This document shows, piece by piece, positions 30,459-42,400 of a DNA stretch of 64,000 nucleotides. Origin of the DNA: Promethearchaeia archaeon (GTDB lineage: Archaea > Asgardarchaeota > Lokiarchaeia > Sigyniarchaeales > SOKP01); the NCBI GenBank assembly GCA_029856125.1, contig JAHQWJ010000120.1, positions 243,170 to 307,169 of the forward strand, in the 5' to 3' direction. The notes beneath the pieces are model-generated. The model did no database searches and had not been told where the DNA came from. It saw only the letters and a program-made list of their open reading frames with translations. Within the stretch, counting starts at the first letter, position 1, and every line of letters starts with the position of its first letter. Position numbers and translations under genes: made by a program.

Positions 30459-30917
30459 CTACCTCATCACGATTGTCCTAATTTTATCCGGGTCGTACTT
30501 AAAATCACTTGCTAGTACTTTTTTACTCTTGTAATACTTGATAAGTCTGTAAATCTTGCTTTCTGTACGTTGTAACCCCTTTTTCGAATCTAAATCTTTA
30601 TGGTTTGTCTCCAGATGTTTTCTTAATATAAGCGCTTTTTTAACTAAATTAGTTAAGTCTTCTGGTAGAGGAGTTTCAATATCTTTTTCTTTAAGAATTT
30701 GTGAAATTGATTTGCCGGTGACTACTTTTATTAAAGGGATGCCATAAGAATCTCTTAATATCACACCTATTAGGGATTGAGAAAAACCCTTCCTAGCAAG
30801 TTTAATGACCTCGTTTTCTACTTCTTCAGAAGAAAGTTCTACCCACACAGGTTTTTCTAATCTAGCCGGGCGTGTACTTCCAGACTTCCCTTTCTTTCTT
30901 GAGTGCATTCGAGCCAT
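30459..30917 (-). CDS. rps15: 30S ribosomal protein uS15 (S15P/S13e)
   Basis: MARMHSRKKGKSGS, LRDSYGIP, PEDL, ESKIYRLIKYYK. Confidence 0.97.
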   Translation of the reverse strand: MARMHSRKKGKSGSTRPARLEKPVWVELSSEEVENEVIKLARKGFSQSLIGVILRDSYGIPLIKVVTGKSISQILKEKDIETPLPEDLTNLVKKALILRKHLETNHKDLDSKKGLQRTESKIYRLIKYYKSKKVLASDFKYDPDKIRTIVMR

Positions 30918-31058
30918 TTTTTGCGTCCTACTTTATGAATAATTTAATAATAGTAATTTTATAGATGAACAATATAAAGAATCATGTAAATTAAAATTTT
31001 TGAATTTAATAATTAAAACCTTATTAATCTAAATATATCATAGGAAATTATTGTAATT

Positions 31059-31646
31059 ATGAAATATGAAAAAGAAATAATTTATTTTATTACTGGGAAT
31101 AATCATAAATTTAAGGAAATTGCAAAATTGTTCCAAAAGGAAGAATTAGAATACGATTTAAAGCAGAAAACCGCTGCAACTATTGAAGTTCAAGCATCTA
31201 GTATTAAAGAAGTCGCTCTCTTTAAACTTAAAAGTGTAAAAACAAATTTTAATAACTCTTATTTTGTTGAGGATGCGGGGTTTTTTATTGATGTTCCTCT
31301 CAAAGGATTCCCAGGAGTATATTCCAAGTTTGTATTAAATACTATCGGTAACAAAGGTATACTGAACCTCATTAGCGATTATTTAAACACCGCTGCTCAT
31401 TTTGAAGCAGTAATAGCTCTATATTTTCAACCATTAGATAAAATATTTACCTTTGAGGGATCAGTTGAGGGAAAAGTTTCAAAAGAGATCAAAGGTACAA
31501 ATGGATTTGGTTATGATCCTATTTTTATTCCTAATGAACTGCCTAATAATACTTTTGGTGAATTATCTACGGAAGAAAAAAATTCTATTTCACACAGAGC
31601 GAAAGCTTGGCAAAAGCTGTTAACTTTTCTCAGGGCGCACCAGTAA
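31059..31646 (+). CDS. rdgB: non-canonical purine NTP pyrophosphatase (RdgB/HAM1)
   Basis: TGNNHKFKE, EDAG, GFPGVYSK, GFGYDPIF, KNSISHR. Confidence 0.95.
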   Translation: MKYEKEIIYFITGNNHKFKEIAKLFQKEELEYDLKQKTAATIEVQASSIKEVALFKLKSVKTNFNNSYFVEDAGFFIDVPLKGFPGVYSKFVLNTIGNKGILNLISDYLNTAAHFEAVIALYFQPLDKIFTFEGSVEGKVSKEIKGTNGFGYDPIFIPNELPNNTFGELSTEEKNSISHRAKAWQKLLTFLRAHQ

Positions 31647-31651
31647 TTATT

Positions 31652-34618
31652 TTAAAAAGTTTGACGGAATATATCCATTACAGATTGTCTACTTAGTTTG
31701 ATGAGGATTAAATACATCCCCAAAATCCCGAAGAAAATGGATAGGGAGAACACTCTAAACAAGACATCCAAAGGGATTGAGAATACAATAGGCATTTCTG
31801 TCAAAAGTCCTAAATTCGTTTCCATTAAGTAAGCACAAAAGGTACCGATTAAAGTCCCCATCGTTCCGCTACTCAACATAATAATTAAACTTTCAATCAA
31901 GAAGAGATTCCTTACGTTTCTTGTTTTCATACCCATAGACCTTAGAATGCCAATTTCAAATTTTCTCTCCATCATTACTGCGTACATTGTGCTTACTAAA
32001 CCAAAGATTGCTATAACAATTGCAAACCAAAGAACAACTTCCATTAAACTGCTTTGTCGATCAAACATAGATTGCATCATATTTACTTTTGTTATTGCGT
32101 CGTCAAGAAAATAATCTTTCCCTGTAGAAATATCTCGTATCTCATCTTTAGTATCTTCAATTATGGTTTCGGAATCATCTTCAAGCTTAATAAAAGCTTT
32201 ATCAACAATCATTTTTGGGTCCCATTGATTTTTAACATCCATTAACCTCATGTAGTTTTCTAAAGAAACCATAATGCCTCCACCTTCAGCAGAAGCTTCT
32301 GTAGTTCTAAAGTTAAAAAATCCTGGCATTCCTCCGGAAATACCAACAACACGGAATAGAGTAATATTTCCAGGATCGTTCGGAATTTGAGGGTTGAAAA
32401 AAGTTAATCGAATGTATTCACCGACATCATCGATGCCGAAAACAGTCGCAAGAGACTTAGCAATGATGCATGTATTATTTTCGTTAAACAATTGACTAAA
32501 TGAATAATTAAATCCGCTCCGTGGACTGCTCCAAATCATCAAATCATTATCCATTAATTTATAATAATTCCTCTCAATACCAATAAACCCGACCTCTAAA
32601 TTGTCGAAATTTGCTATATCTCCGCCTTTTACTTGATATTTTTCTTCCGCTTGTTCAGTGTAAAATTCAAAGATGTTTATAAAAGCATCATTAATAGAGT
32701 CCTCGTCAAAACCGCCTCCACTCTGGCTAAAGTCGAATAAAATCGATAAAACAGACGTTATATCAAACATGTTATATAATGACATAGCGATTTCATCTAT
32801 TCCATCAATAGTTTTTAGGTCTTCAATCGTATTGAGCGTAATTGCGTTAGTTTCGGGATTTACTCCTTGATTAATTAAAACTAAATCGGATCCATATTGA
32901 AATTTTAAATTAGTTGCCAAGTTCTGCGATTCCATCTCGGAAACGCTAGTGATAAAGAAAATGAAAGAAAAACTTATCGCAAACATCACAATTGTGCTTG
33001 TGTTCCTCCTCCTGTTTCTTTTTAGCGATATTTTAATAATATGAGCATACTTCTTAATGAATGGCGTGAAAGCTCCAATTAATAGGCTTTGTATGATTGG
33101 TATAACCCCTACTGATGCGAAGACCAACCCAATTAATATAGCCGCAATAAGTCCAATAAATAGACCGGCAATCATCATCATATCACCCGACACGAATATG
33201 CTTGGTAACAAGATAAACACTAGCATACCGATAGTAGCAAGTGCTGAGCCCATTAGAAAATTTCTAACATTCATACTTCCCTCTTTCTTTACCTCCCACC
33301 CTTCTTCTTTCTTGTGAAACGGCGTAATTGACTTAATAATATCAATTTTGGCAGTTTTTAAGGCAGGGATTAAAGAAATTACTAAAGAAACTATAGATCC
33401 TATGGAAAATGCTAAAATAACTGTTTGAGGTTGAATAACAAAGTCCATATTCTGTAGGGGAAAGTCTGTCAAAACGAAGAGTGCGCCCACAACTGGCGGT
33501 GTTCCGATAAGACCTACGATTATCCCTATAATAGATCCTACCACTCCAATCATTACACCTTCAAAAACTACCATTTTTACAGGAAACATTTTCTTTCCTC
33601 CTACAACTCTTAAGATTCCATATTCTCTAATTCTTTCTTCTGTAGATGTAGAAAGAATAGAATTTATTAAAATACCTGTAATAAGCATAGAAATAATCGT
33701 AATAAACCAAAAAATAATTGTCATACCCATTAGTAAAAACTGTTGAGCACTTATTTCCTGTAATTTCGGCATTGCTACGGTGTAAGCATTAGGATCTAGT
33801 CTTTGTTGAATTCGCGTACCTATTTCCCTAATTTGTCGTTTAGTGAAATCAATATCGCTAACAACGTAAATTGATTGTGGATTTTTAATGGTGCCCATTA
33901 TTAAGTTAATCTCTCCTTCGCGCTGCATAAATGATTGAGCTTGTTCTAGATTTACGATAATTAATGCGTTTTCTAATTCAGTAAATTTTAAGTCTTGTTC
34001 GCAGATAGCCACAACCTCGACATCTAAAGAATATTGCTGATAATTCATGTGGATTAAATCTCCGATACTCACATTTAGAAGCTCTGCAACTTTCCATAAA
34101 ATAACACATTCTCCCATATTTGGTTCGGCAACATAATTACTTCCCGTTTCAGTACCATTCTGATCTACCAAGTTTAAATATCCCATTTCTCCATTATTAA
34201 CTTCTTTTAAGAAATCGATTCCATAAACTTGTAACGAACCATTCGAATCAGTATTATCAGAAGATACTTTCACAAGCATCATAATTCGTGGAAATAACTC
34301 ATCCACACCCTCAATATCTGATAATTCATTATCTATTAGTGATTCATCAAAAAAAGGATCAAATGTTAAATCTGTATTTACGGCTTTAGATATTAGTATA
34401 TCGGAGCTTCCAGTGGTACTCGTTATAATCCCCATATAATTATAAGACATTGAATCGTTTATCATACCGATTGCGGTGAGAAGAATTATTGAAATTGTAA
34501 TTCCGCTCAACCCAAACAAAACTTTTGCTCGATCTTTTTTTATGTTTAACCAAGATTGTTGTAAAAATTGGATTCTGAGTTTTAACCTTAATTTATATAA
34601 TATATTTTGTATACTCAC
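31652..34618 (-). CDS. MacB/FtsX-type ABC transporter permease (duplicated 4-TM + extracytoplasmic domain)
   Basis: EERIREYGILRVVG and ERKFEIGILRSMG motifs; two large extracellular domains. Confidence 0.9.
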   Translation of the reverse strand: MSIQNILYKLRLKLRIQFLQQSWLNIKKDRAKVLFGLSGITISIILLTAIGMINDSMSYNYMGIITSTTGSSDILISKAVNTDLTFDPFFDESLIDNELSDIEGVDELFPRIMMLVKVSSDNTDSNGSLQVYGIDFLKEVNNGEMGYLNLVDQNGTETGSNYVAEPNMGECVILWKVAELLNVSIGDLIHMNYQQYSLDVEVVAICEQDLKFTELENALIIVNLEQAQSFMQREGEINLIMGTIKNPQSIYVVSDIDFTKRQIREIGTRIQQRLDPNAYTVAMPKLQEISAQQFLLMGMTIIFWFITIISMLITGILINSILSTSTEERIREYGILRVVGGKKMFPVKMVVFEGVMIGVVGSIIGIIVGLIGTPPVVGALFVLTDFPLQNMDFVIQPQTVILAFSIGSIVSLVISLIPALKTAKIDIIKSITPFHKKEEGWEVKKEGSMNVRNFLMGSALATIGMLVFILLPSIFVSGDMMMIAGLFIGLIAAILIGLVFASVGVIPIIQSLLIGAFTPFIKKYAHIIKISLKRNRRRNTSTIVMFAISFSFIFFITSVSEMESQNLATNLKFQYGSDLVLINQGVNPETNAITLNTIEDLKTIDGIDEIAMSLYNMFDITSVLSILFDFSQSGGGFDEDSINDAFINIFEFYTEQAEEKYQVKGGDIANFDNLEVGFIGIERNYYKLMDNDLMIWSSPRSGFNYSFSQLFNENNTCIIAKSLATVFGIDDVGEYIRLTFFNPQIPNDPGNITLFRVVGISGGMPGFFNFRTTEASAEGGGIMVSLENYMRLMDVKNQWDPKMIVDKAFIKLEDDSETIIEDTKDEIRDISTGKDYFLDDAITKVNMMQSMFDRQSSLMEVVLWFAIVIAIFGLVSTMYAVMMERKFEIGILRSMGMKTRNVRNLFLIESLIIMLSSGTMGTLIGTFCAYLMETNLGLLTEMPIVFSIPLDVLFRVFSLSIFFGILGMYLILIKLSRQSVMDIFRQTF

Positions 34619-34648
34619 TTTATCACGCTTTACTTTCGATTGTGTTAA

Positions 34649-37600
34649 TTACCTATCTAAAATACTAAATTTTTTACTTTTATTTTCGAATTTTCTTAGA
34701 AAAATGCCATTTTCTTTTAATGATTCTTTTATTTCTCCAATTTCTCGCCTAACTAATCTAACTCCTCGACATTTTTTGTTTTTACAGTAAAAATTCTCTT
34801 CTGGCTTATCTTTAAAATACCATTTACCGCAATTTATACAGTTATAAGCAACATAAATTTGATCGTGATCGCACTTCGGGCACATATAGTTAAATTGACT
34901 TGATTCAAACCATGATTGACAATACTTGCAGTGGAGAATTAAGGGATTCTTGTATTCTTCTGAAGTTTCTATGATCTCTATTCTCTTAATGACTTGCTCT
35001 TTATCAAGTTCTTTTAACCTTAGTTTCTCCGCAAAGGTATTCCTACGGTGTCTGAAACTAAATTTACCATATTTTTCCGCTAAAACATAGGATATTATGC
35101 CAAGTATGATAACACTTACAATTATTAGCAACCAAATTCCCCACGTTTGAAAATTCATTAACCCATTTTCTACTTCGACGTGAACTACTGATTCAGCTCT
35201 ATTTCCTTCTGCATCGTAAGCAACGACCATTACTATGTATGTCCCATCTAGAAATTGAGAAGTATCCCATTCAATACTTAAAACTCCGGTACCTTGATTG
35301 AAATTAAGCAAACTTCTATCAATCATCTCATCGTTGATATATATATTTATACGAGTATCATCTATTTCAATATTATCGCTGATGTTTGCCTCAATTTTAG
35401 TAATTGAGTTGACAATTTCATCGTTTAGCGGTGTGCTAATTTCGATAGTAGGAGCGATGAAATCTGTGAATTTATCATAACCTAAATAGATATTTGATAT
35501 TAACCATCCATAACCCAAGCCTGTTGTTATGTCATTGGAATGTAAAGTGAATTTGATTAAAACAATTTCATTGGAGTATTGCGAAATATCCAATGATTCG
35601 TTTCCTGCAAGATTTTCAGAATCAAAGTAGTATTCTCTTAAATTATCCCAACTTTCTCCGTAATCACTTGAGATAGAAATTGTACACTTGTCAAGTTCGT
35701 CCTGTTCCAAAAAGAATTCATTCTGTAAAGAAATTTCATACGCAAAATTCAAGAAGACATCGTATTCATCTCTAAGATGTAAAGGATATGTTATTAGACT
35801 AGCTTCCCAATCGGGCTCATATCCTTGCGAGAGACTACCGTAACTTTGGCCTAATCCTCCATATATGAAGGGATTTCCAAAGCGATAATATAGATGCCAA
35901 CTATTATCCCCTTTTAACCATTGCGTTAGCTCTTTTTGCATCGGATTTCCAGTGATATAATAATCCGATAAAGATGTAAGCGTATAATCGAACCCAATTA
36001 ATTTGCCACTTTGATTTACATTAAATTCGTAAGCAATGGGATTTTGAAAATTAAATAAATTATTATCTTGATTAAAATAATTAGTAGAGTTGAAAAACTT
36101 ACCATCGTATACATGAAACCTAAAAGTCAGATTAGTAATATCGTTCAATACGAATGACTTTACAAATTTAATTCCACGAGAGTCAACGGAGCCTAAACTC
36201 GCGTTCCACGCGCCAAATATATTAATCATAGAATAATTCTGATTATTGATTTCAATAAATACATATTCAGGATAATTGTTATCGGAATCGAAGTAATTTA
36301 ACGAAAAAGTGATTCTATCGTATTTAAATCCTTGAATATCGGATATGTTATCGTCTACATTAAAATCTATTTCAGGCGTTTGAAAGTTCGTATAGTTCTC
36401 TAGCGAGAAATAAGCCAACGCAAATCCTTTATAGTTAATAGGATCGAAATCTTCATCTATTACAGCTACAAACCTAAATTGGACAAAATTTCCAATATAT
36501 TGAGTTATATTTATTTCTTCTAAAAACCAGTCCCTTTCTTCACCTGAATAAATTCTTAACGTAATCCAGCCCGTCCAATTAGGATTTATCTGCAAAAACA
36601 TGAAATCACCAGAATTTAAACTCGTTCTTAGCCCTATTTTAGCCAAAACTTGCGTATAGTTTTTATTGATGCTAGTTATATTAAACAAGGGGCTTCTTAA
36701 CGATCCGTTAGGAAAGGGATTTGTTATGATATATGGTTGGTATGTATAGTTTAATGGAAAATCATGGTCTCTACCGAAATACATTGCTGACCAGTTCTCA
36801 GAATATAAAGTGGAACGATTGTCATTCTGATTACTTTGATTTAACATTCCCCAACCTGTTCCATTATATGACCATCCATTAAACCCATCGTTAAAATCGT
36901 GAACATATGGAAATGCCTCGCTATCATCTGGAAATTCGATATTGATACTTAATAACTCTGATAAAGGATATTTTGCATGATGAGATCCATCACTAGCGTT
37001 AAAATAGTAGTAATATTTCCCTGGTTTAGAAAATTTAACAAAATCGCTTCTAAAAACAGCTCCGTTAGTGTAATTGTCATCAAAAGCGAGAATTTGAGTC
37101 ATTGCATACTTTTTTGAAGTATTTACAATATATAAGCATACTTCTTGAGGAGGTATATTTGAGGTATCGTTATCAAAATATTCTATGAAAAACCAATAAT
37201 TATCAATAGTATAATTCTTAGCGGGTTCACTTCCATAAAATTCTTGGAGGCTAATAACTGTATCATTTTTTGCCCCCCCGAAATAATTAATCTCGGTCAT
37301 TTTTAACTCGGGAGCGAAATTATTATTCACGCTAGAAACATTCAAGGTAAAGTTACTTTTTCCTGAAATAGCTTTAACAATTAATATACATTCTGTTTGG
37401 TTATGCTTTGGAGTGAAGTAGAAGAAATCTGAGTCCCCATACCACTTTTGTGCTGCTTGTAATAACAAGGGTTCTCCAAACCGATTTGATTCATTTGCAT
37501 ATAGAAATAAATCTAAATCTGCGTTACCATCCACATTTGATAGATTGAAACTATATTGAGTGTCTTCAAGTAAATGTATTTTTCTTGCAAACACATGATT

Positions 37601-39460
37601 TTCCAAGGGATTTAATTCTGAACTTGTCAATTCGTAATTAATAGGTTCATTTATCTCAATTTCTTTGGTTAAGGCATCAATAGCCGCTTGAGTGTTCAAT
37701 CTTCCGTACCCTTCATGTACATCTTTCAGGTTATTTAATAATCCATTAAAAAGATTTGGTGAGTAATCACTTTCATCTATTTCTGTTTTAGGATCATCCT
37801 CTCTTTCGAGATTTGTTTCTGATGCGGTCATGAGTAATATAGCTTTTAACATTTTTACCCATTTAGTAAGATTCTGGTTATTCCATTCAGTCCAACTCCC
37901 CCATTTCGCATCTATTAATATGTTAATTACTGCAGAAACGATTGCTGTTGATATTGAAGTCCCGATTAAAGCGGTTGTATCATTAGATTTTCCATCTGCA
38001 CTTACAATTGAGCGATGACTTGGTATTGTACTACCTCCTGGCGCAACAATATCAGGTTTCAGAATGTTTTCTCCGACATTTCGTCCCATGCTGCTGTAAG
38101 AAGTTATCATGTCTTCATCGTTGATCGCACCAACAACTATTGCATTTTTATTAATACCTAAACTGTTAAATGGCTTAGCACCTTCGATTCCATTATTCCC
38201 CGCAGCAATAACTACTATAATATGATTTTTAATGACTTGATCAATTACAGCATTAATCGCAGTTACATCTTCTCCTATTGTTCCGATGCTTAAACACACG
38301 GAAATTATTTGATATATTGTTCTGTTTTGGATCACGCTTGCCATTGCCGATATTAAGTCTGATACATACCCTTGCCCTGAACTATTTACGACTCTATAAC
38401 TCAAAATTTTGGTAGCGTTAGCGATTCCATTAAAATGATTATAGTCCTCATAATAAGATTCGGGAAAAAATGACATAGATGAGTTGAAAGAAAAGGCTGG
38501 AGTAGTATTACTTTTTTTATGATATTTAATATAAACATCATAAATTCCTCTTTTATCAGGGGCGACATTGTGTATAATTGAATAGATTTGATTAGGATTT
38601 TGAATGGTACTAGAATTAACCAATGTAGAATTATAAAACAATTCCAGCCAAAAAGTATCTATTTCATTTGTCTGATAATCGAAGCTGGAATTTATTCCAA
38701 TTTTTGTGCTACTTTTTGACATATTTACAGTGAGAATTTTAAAAGTATAATTTTTTGAAGGTAAATAATCCTCAAATAACTCCAAATGTGTGTAATTTCC
38801 ATATAAATTAATAAAAGAAGGGCTGCTAGATTCATTGGTGAGGACGCCAGTACCTGCAATAACAGAGGATATGAAAGTTCCGTGGCCGTTTCTATCAGAG
38901 ATCAAATCGTTATCGACAAAATTCTGCCAACCTACAACTTTATTTTGTAAAAAAGCTTGATTAGGATTAATGCCACTATCTAAAACTGCGATAGAGGAAT
39001 CAGTGTCACCATTATAACCATTATTATACCAAGTGGCATTAACTGATTGTGTTTGAGCGCTAGCATAATTCATCTGAACTTCAATAATTTCATCGGTATC
39101 GATATTAATATCGGGAAATTCATTCTTATATAAAGATAAATTAACTAAAGGGATTGTTCCAGCAAATCCTGAGAAATCATTAAATAACCCATTCCAATCT
39201 TCATGCTCTTTTAAAATACCACCATAAGACACAAATCTAATCTTTGCGCTATTATTATAATTTGTATTATTAAAAAAAACTATTACATTTTTGTTACCAC
39301 TGTTTGATGTGCGTAGTGTATCTGAGAATTCTTTTTGTTTTACGAGTTTCACACCGTTTAAATCTAAAGTTTGAAATTCTAAAAGAAAACTAGTACCGAT
39401 ATTTAATCCGAGGATAAGAAGTAAGATAACAAGATATTTTGATACTTTTTTCATGTTCAA
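34649..39460 (-). CDS. membrane-anchored S8 (subtilisin-like) protease with beta-sandwich/Ig repeats and a cytoplasmic Zn-ribbon tail
   Basis: VLDSG, NGHGT, AAGN, KPDIVAPG, GTSIS; TM near the C-terminus followed by CKYC, CPKC, CINC, CKNKKC. Confidence 0.88.
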   Translation of the reverse strand: MNMKKVSKYLVILLLILGLNIGTSFLLEFQTLDLNGVKLVKQKEFSDTLRTSNSGNKNVIVFFNNTNYNNSAKIRFVSYGGILKEHEDWNGLFNDFSGFAGTIPLVNLSLYKNEFPDINIDTDEIIEVQMNYASAQTQSVNATWYNNGYNGDTDSSIAVLDSGINPNQAFLQNKVVGWQNFVDNDLISDRNGHGTFISSVIAGTGVLTNESSSPSFINLYGNYTHLELFEDYLPSKNYTFKILTVNMSKSSTKIGINSSFDYQTNEIDTFWLELFYNSTLVNSSTIQNPNQIYSIIHNVAPDKRGIYDVYIKYHKKSNTTPAFSFNSSMSFFPESYYEDYNHFNGIANATKILSYRVVNSSGQGYVSDLISAMASVIQNRTIYQIISVCLSIGTIGEDVTAINAVIDQVIKNHIIVVIAAGNNGIEGAKPFNSLGINKNAIVVGAINDEDMITSYSSMGRNVGENILKPDIVAPGGSTIPSHRSIVSADGKSNDTTALIGTSISTAIVSAVINILIDAKWGSWTEWNNQNLTKWVKMLKAILLMTASETNLEREDDPKTEIDESDYSPNLFNGLLNNLKDVHEGYGRLNTQAAIDALTKEIEINEPINYELTSSELNPLENHVFARKIHLLEDTQYSFNLSNVDGNADLDLFLYANESNRFGEPLLLQAAQKWYGDSDFFYFTPKHNQTECILIVKAISGKSNFTLNVSSVNNNFAPELKMTEINYFGGAKNDTVISLQEFYGSEPAKNYTIDNYWFFIEYFDNDTSNIPPQEVCLYIVNTSKKYAMTQILAFDDNYTNGAVFRSDFVKFSKPGKYYYYFNASDGSHHAKYPLSELLSINIEFPDDSEAFPYVHDFNDGFNGWSYNGTGWGMLNQSNQNDNRSTLYSENWSAMYFGRDHDFPLNYTYQPYIITNPFPNGSLRSPLFNITSINKNYTQVLAKIGLRTSLNSGDFMFLQINPNWTGWITLRIYSGEERDWFLEEINITQYIGNFVQFRFVAVIDEDFDPINYKGFALAYFSLENYTNFQTPEIDFNVDDNISDIQGFKYDRITFSLNYFDSDNNYPEYVFIEINNQNYSMINIFGAWNASLGSVDSRGIKFVKSFVLNDITNLTFRFHVYDGKFFNSTNYFNQDNNLFNFQNPIAYEFNVNQSGKLIGFDYTLTSLSDYYITGNPMQKELTQWLKGDNSWHLYYRFGNPFIYGGLGQSYGSLSQGYEPDWEASLITYPLHLRDEYDVFLNFAYEISLQNEFFLEQDELDKCTISISSDYGESWDNLREYYFDSENLAGNESLDISQYSNEIVLIKFTLHSNDITTGLGYGWLISNIYLGYDKFTDFIAPTIEISTPLNDEIVNSITKIEANISDNIEIDDTRINIYINDEMIDRSLLNFNQGTGVLSIEWDTSQFLDGTYIVMVVAYDAEGNRAESVVHVEVENGLMNFQTWGIWLLIIVSVIILGIISYVLAEKYGKFSFRHRRNTFAEKLRLKELDKEQVIKRIEIIETSEEYKNPLILHCKYCQSWFESSQFNYMCPKCDHDQIYVAYNCINCGKWYFKDKPEENFYCKNKKCRGVRLVRREIGEIKESLKENGIFLRKFENKSKKFSILDR

Positions 39461-42400
39461 AATTCCCCTCCATCTTCCGTACTATCCTTAATATAACTCT
39501 GTTCTTTGGAAAGTGAATTAAGGCGGTCTCTTAAGGTATTTTCAACTTTTAGAACCGAGTCATTGCGTGATACTTTAAAAAGCATTAATTCGTTCCTCTG
39601 AAGTTCATACTTACTAGCTTTATATTTCTTAGTTTTCCAAATGAAAATCGTTAAAGTAGTAAACGCCGCTAAGGCCGGACCTAGCACAAACAAAATATTA
39701 ATTTCTTCTGGAATTATAACTTTAATTTCAATAGAATTTGATGTTTCTATTACTTTTTGAAGGTAGAAATATTCAATACTCGCAGGTTTCAGCCTGATTA
39801 AAGCTTGTTTAGTCGCTTGAATTTTATAGGAAAATGTAATTTTCTCATCTGGTTGCAAACTCGTAGCAGTATAAATAAGACTTCCGCTAATTAATTCAAA
39901 TTCAATATTCGTAAAGCCAATAGCGTCGCTAATGGTAATATTTTTCGCACAAATATTCCCGGTGTTAGTAACCGTTATGTTTACCGTAATAATATCCCCA
40001 ATTTCTATTTGATCTCGATTAACTGATTTTAATATTGAAAAATTGATAAAACCAAGAATAAATGACTTTGAAGAAGCAATTTGAATCGTATTTTCCTCTA
40101 AACAACTGAAATAATTAACAGAAGGATAATAGTACCCTTTCCATCCAATTTTTATTAAGGAGATGTTAAAAATTATTAACTCATTATACATAATTTCTGG
40201 CGTAACCAGATTCTTCTTACTATTAGGTACCAAATCTCCGTATTGATCATTAAATGAAAGAGATAAATTTGGAATCACTAATCCAGCAATTCCCGTATTT
40301 TTAATATAAATTGACAAGTTAAATATTTCATCGACACTAGGGGCTAAAGTTGTGGAATTACAATGAATCTCAATCGTTCTAACATAAGGTTTTCGGGATA
40401 AATAATCGATTGGAGCAGAAAAATACACATCATTTGGTTGAGACTCCAGTGTTGTAGAATTTAAATTTTGAATAAAATCTAAATTATTATAACTAATTGT
40501 TGCATTGCTAATTGTAGCTGTATTTGGAACATAAAAAGAAAATGAAATTTGCTTTTTCTCAGATGGAGCAAGATTAAGAATATTGTATTTTAAGTAGTCT
40601 TTTTCGATTGTAAAGTTGAAAGGATTATGCATAATTCCGGGGACCATAATTGATATATTAACGTTTCTTGCGATATTTGACCCTATATTGCTAAAAACTA
40701 ACGTATAGTTATTTATCTCTCTCGTACTTGAACTATAGCTAGATAAATAAGAATATGAGGTAATAGACGCCATATTGTAAGTACTCAAAGAGATTGTATT
40801 TGATTTTTTAATATATTCAACTTTACCACTTAATGAAGTATAAGTAACTCTAGATCCTAAAACTGTATACTCGTTAACATCTCTGTAATAAAATTCTATA
40901 TCCAAATCATTTATCGAAATGTTAAACTTGTCAGAATTGATCCCCTTTATTTTTAAAATAATTGAATGGTTGTTTCTATCTGCAGGATCAAAAATCCATT
41001 CAAAAATCTCTTGGTCTTTAATAAACGTATAAGTCGATGCGTTATTGATTGTGGTAATCAAATACGGTGATATATCTTGAAAAGTTTCTGAAGTATAATT
41101 AAAAACTTCAAAATTCAACACTTCATTAATGTCAGTGTAATTAACAATAATTGAAATACTATCTAAAGAATTGTTTGTTAGGTCTATCGCAGTTTCATTC
41201 TTAAAAAGAAATTGTAATTCAATCTCGTGTTGATCAATATATTTCTGTTCTGATTCGACGATCCAATCTAGGTTATCGTTGTTTAATGCCATTTGAGGAG
41301 AAGTTCCGTCAAGTGAAATCCCAGAAATTATCGAAGGTATCTGCGGAAAATTTTCATTAACAGTAAAATTATATTTGTAAAAAGAAGAAAATGTATCAAA
41401 CCCTTCTATCGAAAAATTGTCGTAGGTATAAGATAATACCTCGTTTGGCTCTAACTTCCAATTCTCACTATTCCAAATACTCCGTTCATTGGTAAAAGTA
41501 TCTTTTAGCGATTCTGAAGATTGACCTATTGCATCTAATGAAGAAATTAATTGTGGGTTACCTATTGCAATTAAATCAATCACATGATCCATATTTTCAT
41601 TATAAGGTAAAAAATTAGTGAGATTGTTAAGATCTGGAAAATAAGTATCTACAGTTCCTGCTCCTGTTGTATCAAAATAAAAAATGTGTGGATTCTTATC
41701 AAAGTTAAAAAAATCCTCCAAAGAAGTGTATTGACCAGCATACTCAATTCTGACAACTTCCCATATAGATTCTTTAAGATCCTCATCAAGACCTAAAAGA
41801 ACTCCGATTGGTCCTATGATTATTGGAAAAATATCATCGAGTTCTATAGGTATTGGAGTAGGAACCCCCCAAGCAGTTTCGTTACCTACATTTGTAGCTG
41901 TAATATTAAATGAAAAGTCTTTAAAGGCTCCATTTGAGGCATTCCCCCCAATTAAGTCTTTTGTAATAAGTAAATTGGGTTCTGAATTTGAAATTTTATA
42001 AGTAATAACTATCTCTTCAATTGGGTTAAAAATTCCGGTAGGTATTCCTGGTAACCCTTGAATTCCGAACTGGTGTAAAAAATTTATGATATCTGCTTGG
42101 TTGTTCAGATTTACGGGTTTAACATAACTTTGCTTAAATCCATTGTCGTTAACCCAAAACAATTCAAACGAATAATCTTTAAGCGCCTGGATATCAAATT
42201 CTATCTCAGCGTAGTATAGTAATAAGCCGATTTGCTCTAATAGAAAGTCATAAAGCGTAAAGTAGGAGGGTGTTGCATCGCTTATATCAGTACAAAAAAT
42301 ATTCACATTAATTTCACTCATAAAAGCGCCTATTAAAGAAATAAATATCTTTTCACTAGGTTTGAGTGATTCTCCTTGATAGCCTAATGCGTCCCATAAA

